Source: the human T2T-CHM13v2.0 reference genome, Homo sapiens
DNA: 64,000 nucleotides
Strand: one strand, 5' to 3'
NCBI RefSeq assembly: GCF_009914755.1
Contig: NC_060938.1
Shown here: one piece after another, positions 1 through 14,139 of the stretch
Numbering within the stretch: the first letter of the stretch is position 1
Layout of the letters: each line of letters opens with the position of its first letter
Position numbers and translations under genes: made by a program
Notes under the pieces: model-generated
Databases searched by the model: none
Told to the model about the DNA's origin: nothing
What the model saw: the letters and a program-made list of their open reading frames with translations, nothing else

Positions 1-49
1 GTTAACATGGAACCAGTATGAATATTCATTAATAAGGTAATTTCATCCT

Positions 50-135
50 AACTCTTAATTCTGAAGTATATTTTACACTCTGAGCACATTAAGACTAGTC
101 ACATTTCAAGTGCTCAATAGCCATTTGAGGTGGCC
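50..135. mobile_element. hAT-Charlie DNA transposon fragment (MER3/MER33-like)
   Basis: actagtcacatttcaagtgctcaatagcca resembles the MER3/MER33 terminal region. Confidence 0.5.
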
Positions 136-699
136 TTCCAATTAGCAAGGGATTTTATTCCTGAATAACCAATCAGCTCTCTTCAATAAGATAAAGGCAG
201 ATAAGTTTTAAATAAGCTTCTAGAATTAATCAACATAGAATATGGGATCTTTACAAAATTAATCAATGGAAATCAGGTTACTTATTAAAGTGACTTACTT
301 TATGCCGAGACAATTCTACTGAGATATTAGGCCTACTTCTATGTCTGACTTTTAGATGTGTTCATTTCAGATCTGCTGCTACCACTCTATCCAAACTACT
401 ATAGTTTCTGACCTAGACTATTACCCCAGCCTTCCAACCAGACTCTCTGTACTCTACTATTGCAATATTGCACAACTCTAGAAGGCAAAATTCACATTAT
501 ATTCTCTTTAGTGTGCCCTTTGGGTGTCATTCATTATATAACTGAATAGAACTCAATACAAGATAAGGGGAGTAGGATGCCTCTAGAGTTATGCAACAGA
601 GGCCCTGTCCTGTGTCTGTAAATGTGCAGCATAATAAGAGCAATCTTCTGGCTGACAGTACTGAGAAATTATTATTTCTGCACTATAATATCTAGATTT

Positions 700-1550
700 A
701 CTATTTTAGTAAGAAATTAGTTTACCTGAGTCAAAAACATCAATTTAGTGGAGGAAATAGATATGTGAACACATGTAGGAAGCTCAGAGTTACTGGGAGA
801 GATTTATAGAAAGAGGTGAGCTTTGAGTGGATTTTGAAGGACATGAGAAATTTAGTTGTTTACATCTTCCAGAGAGAGAAAATATTCTTACTGTAGAAAC
901 ATGCTTTTGAAAGATCCAGATGTCTTCAGGGAACACTGAAAAATTTAGTATGCCTAGAATATAGTGTTACAATGGTGGAGGGTAAAGATGTAGGTTGGAA
1001 TTCAAGAAAGACACAGGAAGCCAGGGCTGGAAGAGTATGAGGTTGTAGCCAAATTAGGATGGATTTTGGAAGCCAAAATTTAAAAGTTTATATTCTTCTG
1101 TTTAAGGAACAGACTCCCTTTAAAGACCCTAACTTTGACAGCTTGTGCATGGAATTAACTGAAATCAGACTGGTGGTATGGAAATTCAGTAGAAAACTAT
1201 TGCACTATCCAAAGGAAAAATCCATTCATTTCTTCACTGGATAACCAGAAAACCAGCTGCACTGTTACATCACCACTACCACTGCCTAAGTCTGCTAAGG
1301 CACTGATAGTGGTGATATAACGGTGTGGCCTGTTTGAGAAACAGTTCTACAATCAAATGTATAAAGAAAAGAGGGAAAGCAGGTGATCAACAGTATGTTA
1401 GATAGTGAAGCTCTTTATCAGACACATAGGGAAGATGAAATCAGTTGTGGACATGTTAAATGTGAGGTTTCTGTAGAATATATCATGGATGATACCCATA
1501 TGTGACTTGTAAAATCACTAGTCTGCATAAATTGGCCCTTAACAATTTTA
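700..1550. mobile_element. degenerate L2 fragments
   Basis: purine-rich L2-like motifs such as gaggtgagctttgagtggattttgaagg; boundaries approximate. Confidence 0.4.
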
Positions 1551-2365
1551 GCTAATTTTGACAGCTATTAGAAATTTAATTGTTTCTCCCTTCTAGGAAT
1601 TTTGTTATGTCCACAATATAAGGCATAAGATGGTGGTGGTGAATGAAGATAGCTGGGAGATAGATACTTGATACTGTAGTCAGTTGCATTAATACATTGT
1701 CTTGTGCCCTTGTTTATTTTGCAAGCCATACATAAATACAGTCTTTACTTGATACCACTCATAATGGTATAAAGACAGAAAAACATATAGGCATCAGGAT
1801 CTCTCCTTTAGTATAAATGTGTAATAATATTTGTTTTTATATAGCCTAGAATGAAATGGACAAGAAAAGTCTGGGCCAAATTCTGATGTAGGTGTTGTCT
1901 TAAACAATCTCCCACCTCCTCCTTTGACCTTCTGTCCTCCTACTTCAGCACCCTCAGCTTTTCTTCTTTGGTTCGGTGCCCTCATACATTTTCCTGCCAT
2001 CTCTCTTGTGTGAGGTACCCTACCTGATACCCCAAATCTTTAGGGTCTCCATTGTTCACTGGTTAGCCTTAGAAACAGATCTACCCTAATAAGTATCTTA
2101 ACACATGTATTTATTTTCTAAAAAGAATTTCACGCCAATTGCTGACAAACTTAGACCAAGTGAGAAATCATATTAATCAAGAACCAGGTCTAGTGATACT
2201 ATTACAAATTATTTATCTTTTAACATCATAGATTAGATTTTTTTTCTTATTGACTGTTTCTTAATGCTATTTAAAATAACTGCTTTCTTATTTTGTAGTA
2301 TATTGGCTCAAATAATTGTTCTAAACATTTTACATATCCACACTTCAGTTTAATGTAGAATGTAA

Positions 2366-2802
<437 letters not shown>

Positions 2803-4748
2803 AAAAACTGTGCTGACTCTGGGCACACTGCCCAGGAGTTAGGCCTGCTCTCAAAGGAACAGCTATAAAATAAAAAGAAAAAACTTTGGTGCAGAAAAAA
2901 GATCATGAAGTCAGAGGACAAATGATAAATTGGAATAAGCATTTGAAAAAAGAGCTGTCCTTTTGAAAACATTAATGTAAAATAAAATAATTAATGGATA
3001 AATTATTTTTGTAATTACGGCTTCATATCTACCATTTACAAGATTATACAGCCTAAATCAGCCTAAATACATATACTGTATTATGTTACTTTCTCTAAAA
3101 CAGGTCTTAGGTTGAACTTTTGTTAGCAGACCAAATCCGTACCAGTGGTCATATCTCATTTCTATCTACTTTAAAATGAATATATTAAAATAACTTCTCA
3201 AATTTGCTTTTAAAATGTACTTTGGTGTAATTTCCATTTTTTTCTACTCTTGTTTTCCCACTCTTCTTTCTCTCTTTCTCATGAATCCCTATTTCTTTTT
3301 CATTTTGTAGTTTACCACTTCACATCTTAAGATGGTCAGTTCCTCCCATCTGCTCATCCAGGTTATTATTTCTTTCTTTCTGTCTTGTCCTTTGACCTGA
3401 ATATCACATGCATAGATCTTGTTGAATTTGTGTTTGCCTTCTTGTATATCATAGGACAATACAGGAATGCACATGTACACATAGGCATGGATATTGTCTG
3501 GCTTTTATTTTGTTATACATCATATAACAAAAATAATTACATATGTGGTTCCAGAACTGCAACCCAGCATCTCCTGTTTACATGGGTTCCAGGTCACTCA
3601 CTTATCTCTTCAGAATATATCATCATTTTCAGCTCTTATTCATTCTTTATTCCAGCTCCTTGCTACTATATCAAAGCCTTTACATTATTTCTTCTACCAT
3701 TGTAATGGGAGCTGTTTCTTTTACTTATTGGCATTAGGTTTAGATTTAGTGTTAAACTCACTTCCTTTTTCTTTTGGTAGGCCCAAGCCCTTTTAAGTAA
3801 GTAGAATCCCTGAGAGTCTGGATTCAGTATGCAACTGAGGGAAAAAGGTATTTTAGAAGAGGTCTCAGGACTGTATGTAGATTGTTGGTATTTTTATTTT
3901 TTTCTATTTATTTGCCAGCACTTCCAAAATTACGACAGTCATTATAATTTTGCTTAGGCACAGATTTAAAGAGTAAACTCATTCAAGACACTTAGATAGA
4001 GAGTGAGCTTAGCCAGCTGCCCAGCATTTATTTTGCCATGTGGTGGTGGTGTTCAACTTTAATACAAAAATTATTTTCATTATCATAGCCTCACAGTCTA
4101 CTTGTTAAATGACTATAACCTTAGTCATTTTACAGATAAGGGAACTGGGTAAGTTTTATGCCAAAGTGGTATTTTCAAATTTTAGGATGAGTAAAGGTGG
4201 CTAGCTATAGACCTTTCAAATGTCAAGTCTCTAAAAATGACTCTAAGGATATTAGAGGTGGCCAGAGAGAGGAGAAACTCTACATGGATGTCTATGTGTA
4301 TTTTTTCATCTTTTTATTATAAAATAAAACACAGATACAGAGAATTACATGCTATATATATGGCTTAGTACATTGTTGTAAGGTGAAAATGCTTGTAATC
4401 AGCACCCAGATCAAGAAAGAAAATTTTGCCACCTAGGGCAAAAGCCTCTTCTATGTGCCCCATGCCTTCCTCTCTCCACAAGAAATCATTATCCTAACCT
4501 CTGCAGTAATCGTCTTCCTGGATTTTTTCCTGATAGTTCTGTCACCCAAATGTACATCCCTAGCACAATAGTTTGGTTTTGCCATTTTTAAAAAATGTAA
4601 CTGCGTTTCTTTTGTTGCTTTTGGCAACCAGTTACATTATTTGTAACAACTTGTTATCATTACAGAGGAAGTTTATATGCATTGTATAAAAACAGAAAAT
4701 GTAGGCCAACAACAAAACATTCTCACCACCCAGAGATCAACCTTAACT

Positions 4749-5069
<321 letters not shown>

Positions 5070-7558
5070 AACCTTAACTTCTTTGTACTCTGTCTTTTAA
5101 ATCTCTTTTAATTGATAGATTTCCCTTCCATTTCCCATAGTTTATCTCTAGAAATACTTGAGCCATTCGACCCAAAGAGTTTCCAGCAGCCTGGGATTTG
5201 CTTACTTAAGATACATCGCTATATGCCTCCCATCTTCTATATTTCCTGCAAATTGGCAAGTGGATCCACAGATAGGATCAGACCCAGGTTCCATTTTTCT
5301 GGCAAAACTAATGTTTGACAAGACTGTAGGAGACACGTGATATCTTATTGTCTCACTTGTGTGATGCCAAAAGCCATTATTACTTAATGCAGTTGGGGAT
5401 TACAAAATGGTGATATTCTTATTCTATCATTATTTCATTTATTATTTGGAATACTTTTACAAAGAGACATTTCTCATTATCTATTATTTTATTTCCCAGT
5501 GGTAGCATTCACATAGAAAGTACAGAATAGATGCTTATCCACCAGTTTTCAAGATAATGAATTTGTTCCCTATCATTTCCCAAAGTGAGCAACTCTTGTT
5601 TTAATAACAGTATGAATGCAGGGACTTAACAATATTTGATTATATTCAATCCATTGTAATTTTTATCATGGTTGAAGCTCAGATTGTCTCATCTTTAACC
5701 AGTGGGAGCTTTTCAAAGTTAACTTCTTTTGCCTTGACCCTAATGGCCTTTGATAGCTTATTTGACATTGGTATAAAAAGATGTTCCATACACATCTTAT
5801 ATATTTTCTGTTGCAGACACAGTATCAGCCATGTCTTCAAGAAACCTTAGTTTCTTTTAGAGAGAAGTGGTCCTTCAGAAACACAATCCAGTTGGTCATA
5901 ATTTCTAGGTATTAGAAATTATGACTGACTGGAAACTGGACTGAACTTGTTGGAAGGGATATGAATATATGTGTGCATGTGTGTTGCATGCGTGCACCCA
6001 TGCGTGTGTATAAATAACCTTATGAATTTTTTATACTTCCAATTCAGGTTCAAGACCACAAAGCTTTCAACTTCTTCTCTATTACTTACATATATATACT
6101 TTTCTCATACCAAGAATCCTGATTCTTAAGGATACAAGATGATAGAATATTTAATAATTACTCATTGTTTTATCTACTGTCGTACACGCAACAGTGTCAT
6201 AATGACAGTACTTATACTATTATCAATATCATTTACTGGAAAGATTTTCTAAAAATTTTGTGTATGTTCTTCCCATTCTTCCCCATTTTAAAAAATAATT
6301 AAAATAATTATACTATAACTATATTGTTACCGCATGTAGCCTTATGCTCTGTACACTCTCCCTTTTAATTCATTGGTAATTGTATATTTACTTCTCATCA
6401 CCAGTCTTTATTTTGGTATCTTTCTAAACATTTTGATTGTCTGAAATATATCCTATTATAGATCATAGGAATAATATCCCTTCAGTTACTGAATGTTAAT
6501 AACAGTTTAGCTATGTCCTTTATACTTGAAAGGTGGTTTTGCAAGATATAAAATCTTTGGCTCACAATTTATTTTTTTGGGGCATCTTAAATGTTACTTC
6601 ATTTTCTTCTATCACAAAGTATTGTTGTAGAAAGTCTGATGAGAATGTATGATTTTTTTACCCTTTATAAGTCACAAGCTTTTCTTCCTTCTAGATGGCC
6701 AAATAACTTTTTTAGTTTTCTTTAAAGTCTAATAAGTTTACTAGCATTTGTCTTGGTGTTGGTTGTTCTGGGTTGTTTTTTTCAGATTCACAGTATGATC
6801 TTCCAATATGTAGTTTAAAATCTTTTTTTCTTTCAGGAAAGATGTTTTAAATTTGAATTTTTTAATCAATTTTTCTGTTTCCTTGCTGTTGTCTTCTTCT
6901 TCAGGGACTCCCATTATCCATATGTGAAATCTTCTTTATCATCAGTATTTGTCACTTTCTCTTGAATCCTTTTTGTCTCTTCATTCATTTCTTATCTTAA
7001 ATTTTTTTCACTTTTTCATCTTGTATTTCTCTTAAAAGTGTTATCTATTTTTTATTCACTCTTGGATATGACTAATTTAGTGTTTATTTCTTAAATTATT
7101 TTATTATTTCATTTCATTGTTTCTGGGTCCTTTCACTCCACGTTTTAAAACACTTTTTTCGTTTTTGTAATTCAGATTTATATTGTTATTTTATGTCTCA
7201 TATCATTCTTAACATCTTTTAGTTTGTTTTAAAACGGTAGGTTAATAGTCATGATATGTTTCTTGAGCATATTTTTCTGGTGTACTTTTTTGCTACCAGT
7301 AATATTAACCTCTGTCTTCCCCCTCTCCACACTCCCACCATAGCTTTGTCTTGAATTTGACCTCAGTACTTTTCTCTGCTCATTTGTAAATGAAATTAGT
7401 TTTTCTTAACTTTTAAAATGAGGTAAGGTTCAGGAAAGTTTTTCTAACTTCACAGATCTTCCTCTTCTGTTGTTTATATGTACTGTTTAAAATTTGTAAT
7501 GCTTACTCTGAGATTTTTTTGGCTCTATTCCAATCCTCCACTTTAGTCTAGACCTTCC

Positions 7559-7857
7559 TTTTTTTTTTTTTTTTTGAGACGGAATTTCACTTTTGTGGCC
7601 CAGGCTGAAGTGCAGTGGCGCAATCTCGGCTCACCGCAACATCCACCTCCTGGATTCAAGTAATTCTCCTGCCTTGGCCTCCCGACTAGATGGGATTACA
7701 GGTGCACACCACCACACCCAGCTAACTTTGTATTTTTAGCAGAGATGAGGTTTCTCCATGTTGGTCAGGCTGGTCTTGAACTCCCGACTTCAGGTGATCT
7801 GCCCACCTCGACCTCCCAAAGTGCTGGGATTACAGGCATGAGCCGCTGTGCCCAGCC
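7559..7857 (-). mobile_element. AluS (AluSp-like)
   Basis: ctcaccgcaac, tttctccatgttggtcagg and ctcccgac diagnostics; TSD tagacctt/tagatctt. Confidence 0.85.
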
Positions 7858-8024
7858 TAGATCTTCTTTTTTATTCACCTCTCTTGTCCTTATCCTGTTT
7901 CATTTTGAGTTTAGCCCCAACAGTTTCTTCTATGAGAAGGATTCTGTCTTGAAGAGAGTCCTAGTGGAATAGTTTTTAGATTCACAGGGGCTCGACTGCT
8001 CCAGGGACTGCTTTCTTCAGACCT

Positions 8025-8338
8025 TTCTTTTTTCTTTTTCTTTTTTCATTTTTAGACAGGGTCTCACTCTGTCACCCAGGCTGGAATGCAATGGCATAAT
8101 CATAGAGTACACTGCAGCCTCAACTTCCTGGGCTCAAGTGATCCCCTTGCCTCAGCCTCCTGGGTAGCTGGAACTACAGGTGCATGCCACCACACCCTGC
8201 TAATTAAAAAAAAAAACAATTTTGTAGAGATGGGGTTTCACTATGGTGCCTAGGCTGGTCTCAAACTCCTGGTCTCAGGCAGTTCTCCTGCCTCAGCCTC
8301 CCAAAGTGCTGGGATTACAGGAGCCACTGTACCAGGCC
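8025..8338 (-). mobile_element. AluJ
   Basis: agacagggtctcactctgtcacc...ctcaagtgatcc; TSD cttcagaccttt on both sides. Confidence 0.85.
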
Positions 8339-8962
8339 CCTTCAGACCTTTTTACTGTGGATCCCATGAACTCATCTGGTATTGAAGAGAACAAAACTCC
8401 TCCCTATTTCAATTGCTGTAAATTGGTCTCCACACATTCCAGTGAATATTTGTTGACTGTTCTGGGGCTCTCCTGTTTTCAGGTCCATCAGATGCTGCCC
8501 TGACACTTCCTTCTTCTCCCACATGAATACCATGCAGGTCTTGTGTTGATGGTGGTTTATCTCTACCAACTTCTTTTGGAGCCTATAGAGCAACCTTGTC
8601 ATGTAGTTTTGTTGTAAACATTGTCCATGAAAATTTGGTTTTATCTATTTGCTCTGTTTTTATGTGTGGATTCACAGCATTTGAAAACTTCTGTTGCCTC
8701 TGCCTCTATATTCTCTAATACTTGGTTTTATATGCATGTGTACTATTATGTTTATTCCAGTATTGTAAAAAGTTATGATCTAATTGAATCACTCACTTAT
8801 AATTCCTATCTTTTAAGTTTTTAAATTTGCTTTGGGATACTCATCTTTACTGTCATTTTCCTTAAGTGTGTACTAAAATGGACAATTTCTATGCCCTTCT
8901 TGCATGCTTCTCATATAAATGAGGTAAGTTGGTTCTACTAAGTTGTAGAAAGTAAATGTATC

Positions 8963-11900
8963 GGGGCAGAGCCAAGATGGCCACATAGGAATACCTCCAG
9001 TCTACAGCTCCCAGCATGAGCGATGCAGAAGATGGGTGATTTCTGCATTTTCAGCTGAGGTACTGGGTTCATCTCACTGGGGAGTGTCGGAAAGTGGGTG
9101 CAGAACAGTGGGTGCAGCACACCGAGCGTGAGCCGAAGCATGGTGAGGCATTGCCTCACCCAGGAAGTGCAAGGGGTCAGGGAATTCCCTTTCCTAGTCA
9201 AAGAAAGGGGTGACAGACGGCACCTGGAAAATCGAGTCACTCCCACCCTAATATTGCACTTTTCCAATGGTCTTGGCAAACAGCACACCAGGAGATTATA
9301 TCCCGCGCATAGCTCGGAGGGTCCTACGCCCATGGAGCCTCACTCATTGCTAGCCAAGCAGTCTGAGATCAAACTGCAAGGCAGCAGCGAGGCTGGGGGA
9401 GGGGTGCCCGCCATTGCCCAGGCTTCAGTAGGTAAACAAAGCAGCCCAGAAGCTCGAACTGCGTGGAGCCCACCACAGCTCAAGGAGGCCTGCCTGCCTC
9501 TGTAGACTCCACCTCTGGGGGCAGGGCATTGCCAAACAAAAGGCAGCAGAATCCTCTGCAGACGTAAATGTCCCTGTCTGACAGCTTTGAAGAGAGTAGT
9601 GGTTCTCCCAGCACGCAGCTGGAGATCTGAGAACAGACAGACTGCCTCCTCAAGTGGGTCCCTGACCCCCGAGGAGCCTAACTGGGAGGCACCCCCCAGT
9701 AAGGGCAGACTGACACCTCACATGGCCGGGTACTCCTCTGAGACAAAACTTCCAGAGGAATAATCAGGTAGCAACATTTGCTGTTCACCAATATCCACTG
9801 TTATGCAGCCTCCACTGCTGATACCCAGGCAAACAGGGTCTGGAGTGGACCTCCAGCAAATTCCAACAGACCTGCAGCTGAGGGTCCTGACTGTTAGAAG
9901 GAAAACTAACAAACAGAAAGGACATCCACACCAAAACCCCATCTGTACGTCACCATCATCAAAGACCAAAGGTAGATAAACCCACAAAGATGGGGAAAAA
10001 ACAGAGCAGAAAAACTGGGAACTCTAAAAATCAGAGCGCCTCTTCTCGTCCAAAGGAACGCAGCTCCTCACCAGCGATGGAACAAAGCTGGACGGAGAAT
10101 GACTTTGATGAGTTGAGAGAAGGCTTCAGACGATCAAACTACTCAGAGCTAAAGGAGGAAGTTCGAACCAATGGCAAAGAAGTTAAAAACCTTGAAAAAA
10201 AATTAGACGAATGGCTAACTAGAATAACCAATGCAGAGAAGTCCTTAAAGGACCTGATGGAGCTGAAAACCAAGGCACAAGAGCTACGTGACAAATACAC
10301 AAGCTTAGTAGCCAATTCGATCAACTGGAAGAAAGGGTACCAGTGATGGAAAATCAAATGAATGAAATGAAGTGAGAAGAGAAGTTTAGAGAAAAAAGAA
10401 TAAAAAGAAATGAACAAAGCCTCCAAGAAATATGGGACTATGTGAAAAGACCAAATTACGTCTGATTGGTGTACCCGAAAGTGACAGGGAGAATGGAACC
10501 AAGTTGGAAAACACTCTGCAGGATATTATCCAGAAGAACTTCCCCAATCTAGCAAGGTAGGCCAACATTCAAATTCAGGAAATACAGAGAACGCCACAAA
10601 GATACTCCTCAAGAAGAGCAACTCCAAGACACATAATTGTCAGATTCACCAAAGTTGAAATGAAGGAAAAAATGTTAAGGGCAGCCAGAGAGAAAGGTCG
10701 GGTTACCCACAAAGGGAAAGTCCATCAGACTAACAGCTGATCTCTCGGCAGAAACTCTACAAGCCAGAAGAGGACAGTGGGGACCAATATTCAACATTCT
10801 TAAAGAAAAGAATTTTCAACCCAGAATTTCATATCCAGCCAAACTAAGCTTCATAAGTGAAGGAGAAATAAAATACCTTACAGACAAGTAAATGCTGAGA
10901 GATTCTGTCACCACCAGGCCTGCCCTACAAGAGCTCCTGAAGGAAGCACTAAACATGGAAAGGAACAACCGGTACCAGCCACTGCAAAAACATAACAAAA
11001 TTGTAAAGACCATCGAGGCTAGGAAGAAACTGCATCAACTAACGAGCAAAATAACCAGCTAACATCATAATGACAGGATCAAATTCACACATAACAATAT
11101 TAAACTTAAATGTAAATGGGCTAAATGCTCCAATTAAAAGACACAGACTGGCAAATTGGATAAAGAATCAAGACCCATCAGTGTGCTGTATTCAGGAAAC
11201 CCATCTGACCTGCAGAGACACACATAGGCTCAAAATAAAGGGAGGGAGGAAGATCTACCAAGCAAATGGAAAACAAAAAAAGGCAGGGGTTGCAATCCTA
11301 GTCTTTGATAAAACAGACTTTAAACCAGCAAAGATCAAAAGAGACAAAGAAGGCCATTACACAATGGTAAAGGGATCAATTCAACAAGAAGAGCTAACTA
11401 TCCTAAATATATATGCACCCAATGCAGGAGCACCCAGATTCATAAAGCAAGTCCTTAGTGACCTACAAAGAGACTTAGACTCCCACACAATAATAATGGG
11501 AGACTTTAACACCCCACTGTCAACATTAGACAGATCAACAAGACAGAAAGTTAACAAGGATATCCAGGAATTGAACTCAGCTCTGCACCAAGCGGACCTA
11601 ATAGACATCTACAGAACTCTCCACCCCAAATCAACAGAATATACATTCTTCTCAGCACCACACTGCACTTATTCCACAATTGACCACATAGTTGGAAGTA
11701 AAGCACTCCTCAGCAAATGTAAAAGAACAGAAATTATAACAAACTGTCTCTCAGAACACAGTGCAATCAAACTAGAACTCAGGATTAAGAAACAAATTTA
11801 CAAGAAAAAAAAACCCCATCAAAAAGCGGGCAAAGGATATGAACAGACACTTCTCAAAAGAAGACATTTATGCAACCAAAAGACACAGGAAAAAATGCTC

Positions 11901-12654
11901 ATCATCACTGGCCATCAGAGAAATGCAAATCAAAACCACAATGAGATACCATCTCACACCAGTTAGAATGGCGATCATTAAAAAGTCAGGAAACAACAGG
12001 TGCTGGAGAGGATATGGAGAAATAGGAACACTTTTACACTGTTGGTGGGACTGTAAACTAGTTCAACCATTGTGGAAGTCAGTGTGGTGATTCCTCAGGG
12101 ATCTAGAACTAGAAATACCATTTGACCCAGCCATCCCATTACTGGGTATATACCCAAAGGATTACAAATCATGCTGCTATAAAGACACATGCACACATAT
12201 GTTTATTGCAGCACTATTCACAATAGCAAAGACTTGGAACCAACCCAAATGTCCAACAATGATAGACTGGATTAAGAAAATGTGGCAAATATACACCATG
12301 GAATACTATGTGGCCATAAAAAATGATGAGTTCATGTCCTTTGTAGGGACATGGATGAAGCTGGAAACCATCATTCTCAGCAAACTATCGCAAAGACAAA
12401 AAACCAAATACCTCATGTCCTCACTCACAAGTGGGAATTGAACAATGAAAACACATGGACACAGGAAGGGGAACATCACACACCGGGGCCTGTTGTGGGG
12501 TGGGGGGAAGGGGGAGGGATAGCATTTGGAGATATACCTAATGTTAAATGAGTTACTGGGTGCAGCACACCAACATGGCACATGTATACATATGTAACAA
12601 ACCTGCACGTTGCGCACATGTACCCTAAAACTGAAAGTATAATAAAAAAAAAAA
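8963..12654 (+). mobile_element. L1PA4/5 with complete 5' UTR, disrupted ORF1, internally deleted ORF2, 3' UTR and poly(A)
   Basis: ccaagatggcc YY1 start; 129-bp segment (~9732..9860) retained; ORF1 from 9990 frameshifted; ORF2 from 11070; TSD AGAAA(G/A)TAAATGTATCG at 8947..8963 and 12655..12671; only 3.7 kb long. Confidence 0.93.
11070..11966 (+). pseudogene. L1 ORF2 remnant: complete APE-type endonuclease domain (aa 1-240) in an open 298-codon frame
   Basis: MTGSNSHITIL...QETH...GDFNTPL...IDH...[13 protein letters not shown], joined directly to the C-terminal KQIYKKK. Confidence 0.85.
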
Positions 12655-13270
12655 AGAAAATAAATGTATCGTTGTTACAGTGTTCATCATTCCTGGCCTT
12701 GCCTGTGTATCAGTGTACTTAAACTAAGGCTTTCTTTATGCAGTGGAAGGACTGGGATTCATAAGTCATAGAAAATAAATACATCATATAGTTGTATGGA
12801 ATTTTTCAAAAATCTAAACAAGATATCCACATAAGGCAAATTGAAATGTAATAAGCTGCATGTCTGTCATTCACTATCAGGAAAAGAGAATATCTGGGAG
12901 AAGGAAATAGAGATGTTTTCTCTGAAAATAGCTCCACCATAATTAGTGTTGACTAGGGAAAGACAAAGATAAATGGCTATTTGCAACCTCGATCTAGAAA
13001 ACAATTACAATTCTAATTTTTTATTGAAATAATACTGAATATCTTATCTTTCTGAATGAGAAATCTGTTGTTAAGTTGTTCCTGATGTCTAGAGATAGCT
13101 AACCTACATTTAGAGAATAAACCAGTATCCCAAGAAAATTTAAGAGGTGTTTTGAGTTTTAATCTTTGTAAGTTGTACTGTACTGTACTGTAACTTGAGA
13201 GATTTTTAAACTGAATCAAAAGAAATATTAAAACAAAATGCTATTGCAAAACTGAAATACTGTTTCATGA

Positions 13271-13677
<407 letters not shown>

Positions 13678-14139
13678 AGAAGACAGTTATATTTTTATGA
13701 TGTGTGGTTCCCAAATGCTGGTCTACAGGCAGGTGCCACAATGTGGGACAAGTTTTCACCAGCTTATGATGAAAATTGGGAACAGAAGGGCCATATAGTA
13801 AATTCTTATAAAGCCTAATTCACTTTACTTAAAGGTGTTTTTTTTTTCTAAAGTTATGGCCTTAATAGTTTTTTACTGCCAAATATCCTTTCGTTCAAGA
13901 AATGATGATAGGAAGTGATAGTTTTTGTTTTGTTTTGCTAATGCTTGCTTCTGATAATAAAAAGTCAGTAACTCTGTTCATTTTCAGAAATTTTTTTAGG
14001 TTTTAATTCAACTCTTGAAACCTGAACCACTATAAGAAGTTCTATCCCAACAATAAGAATTATACCTTATAAAGGAATGACTAATTCCATTCTGGATTAA
14101 AAGAGTTGTTTGAATTAAGTTGTAGAGAAATCAAACATA

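Noticed and set aside
3289-3796. Overlapping 60-106 aa ORFs in AT-rich intron
   Set aside because: No recognisable motif or convincing splice sites, and composition consistent with chance ORFs.
9718-9987. 89-codon antisense ORF open in both L1 5' UTRs (also 59500..59769)
   Set aside because: It has a non-ATG start, is shared by descent from the L1PA consensus, and lies upstream of the antisense promoter. Two copies cannot show selection.
11780-11800. L1 internal deletion as a spliced retrocopy
   Set aside because: The L1 consensus, as I recall it, has no GT/AG at these breakpoints; AAAC microhomology explains the join better.
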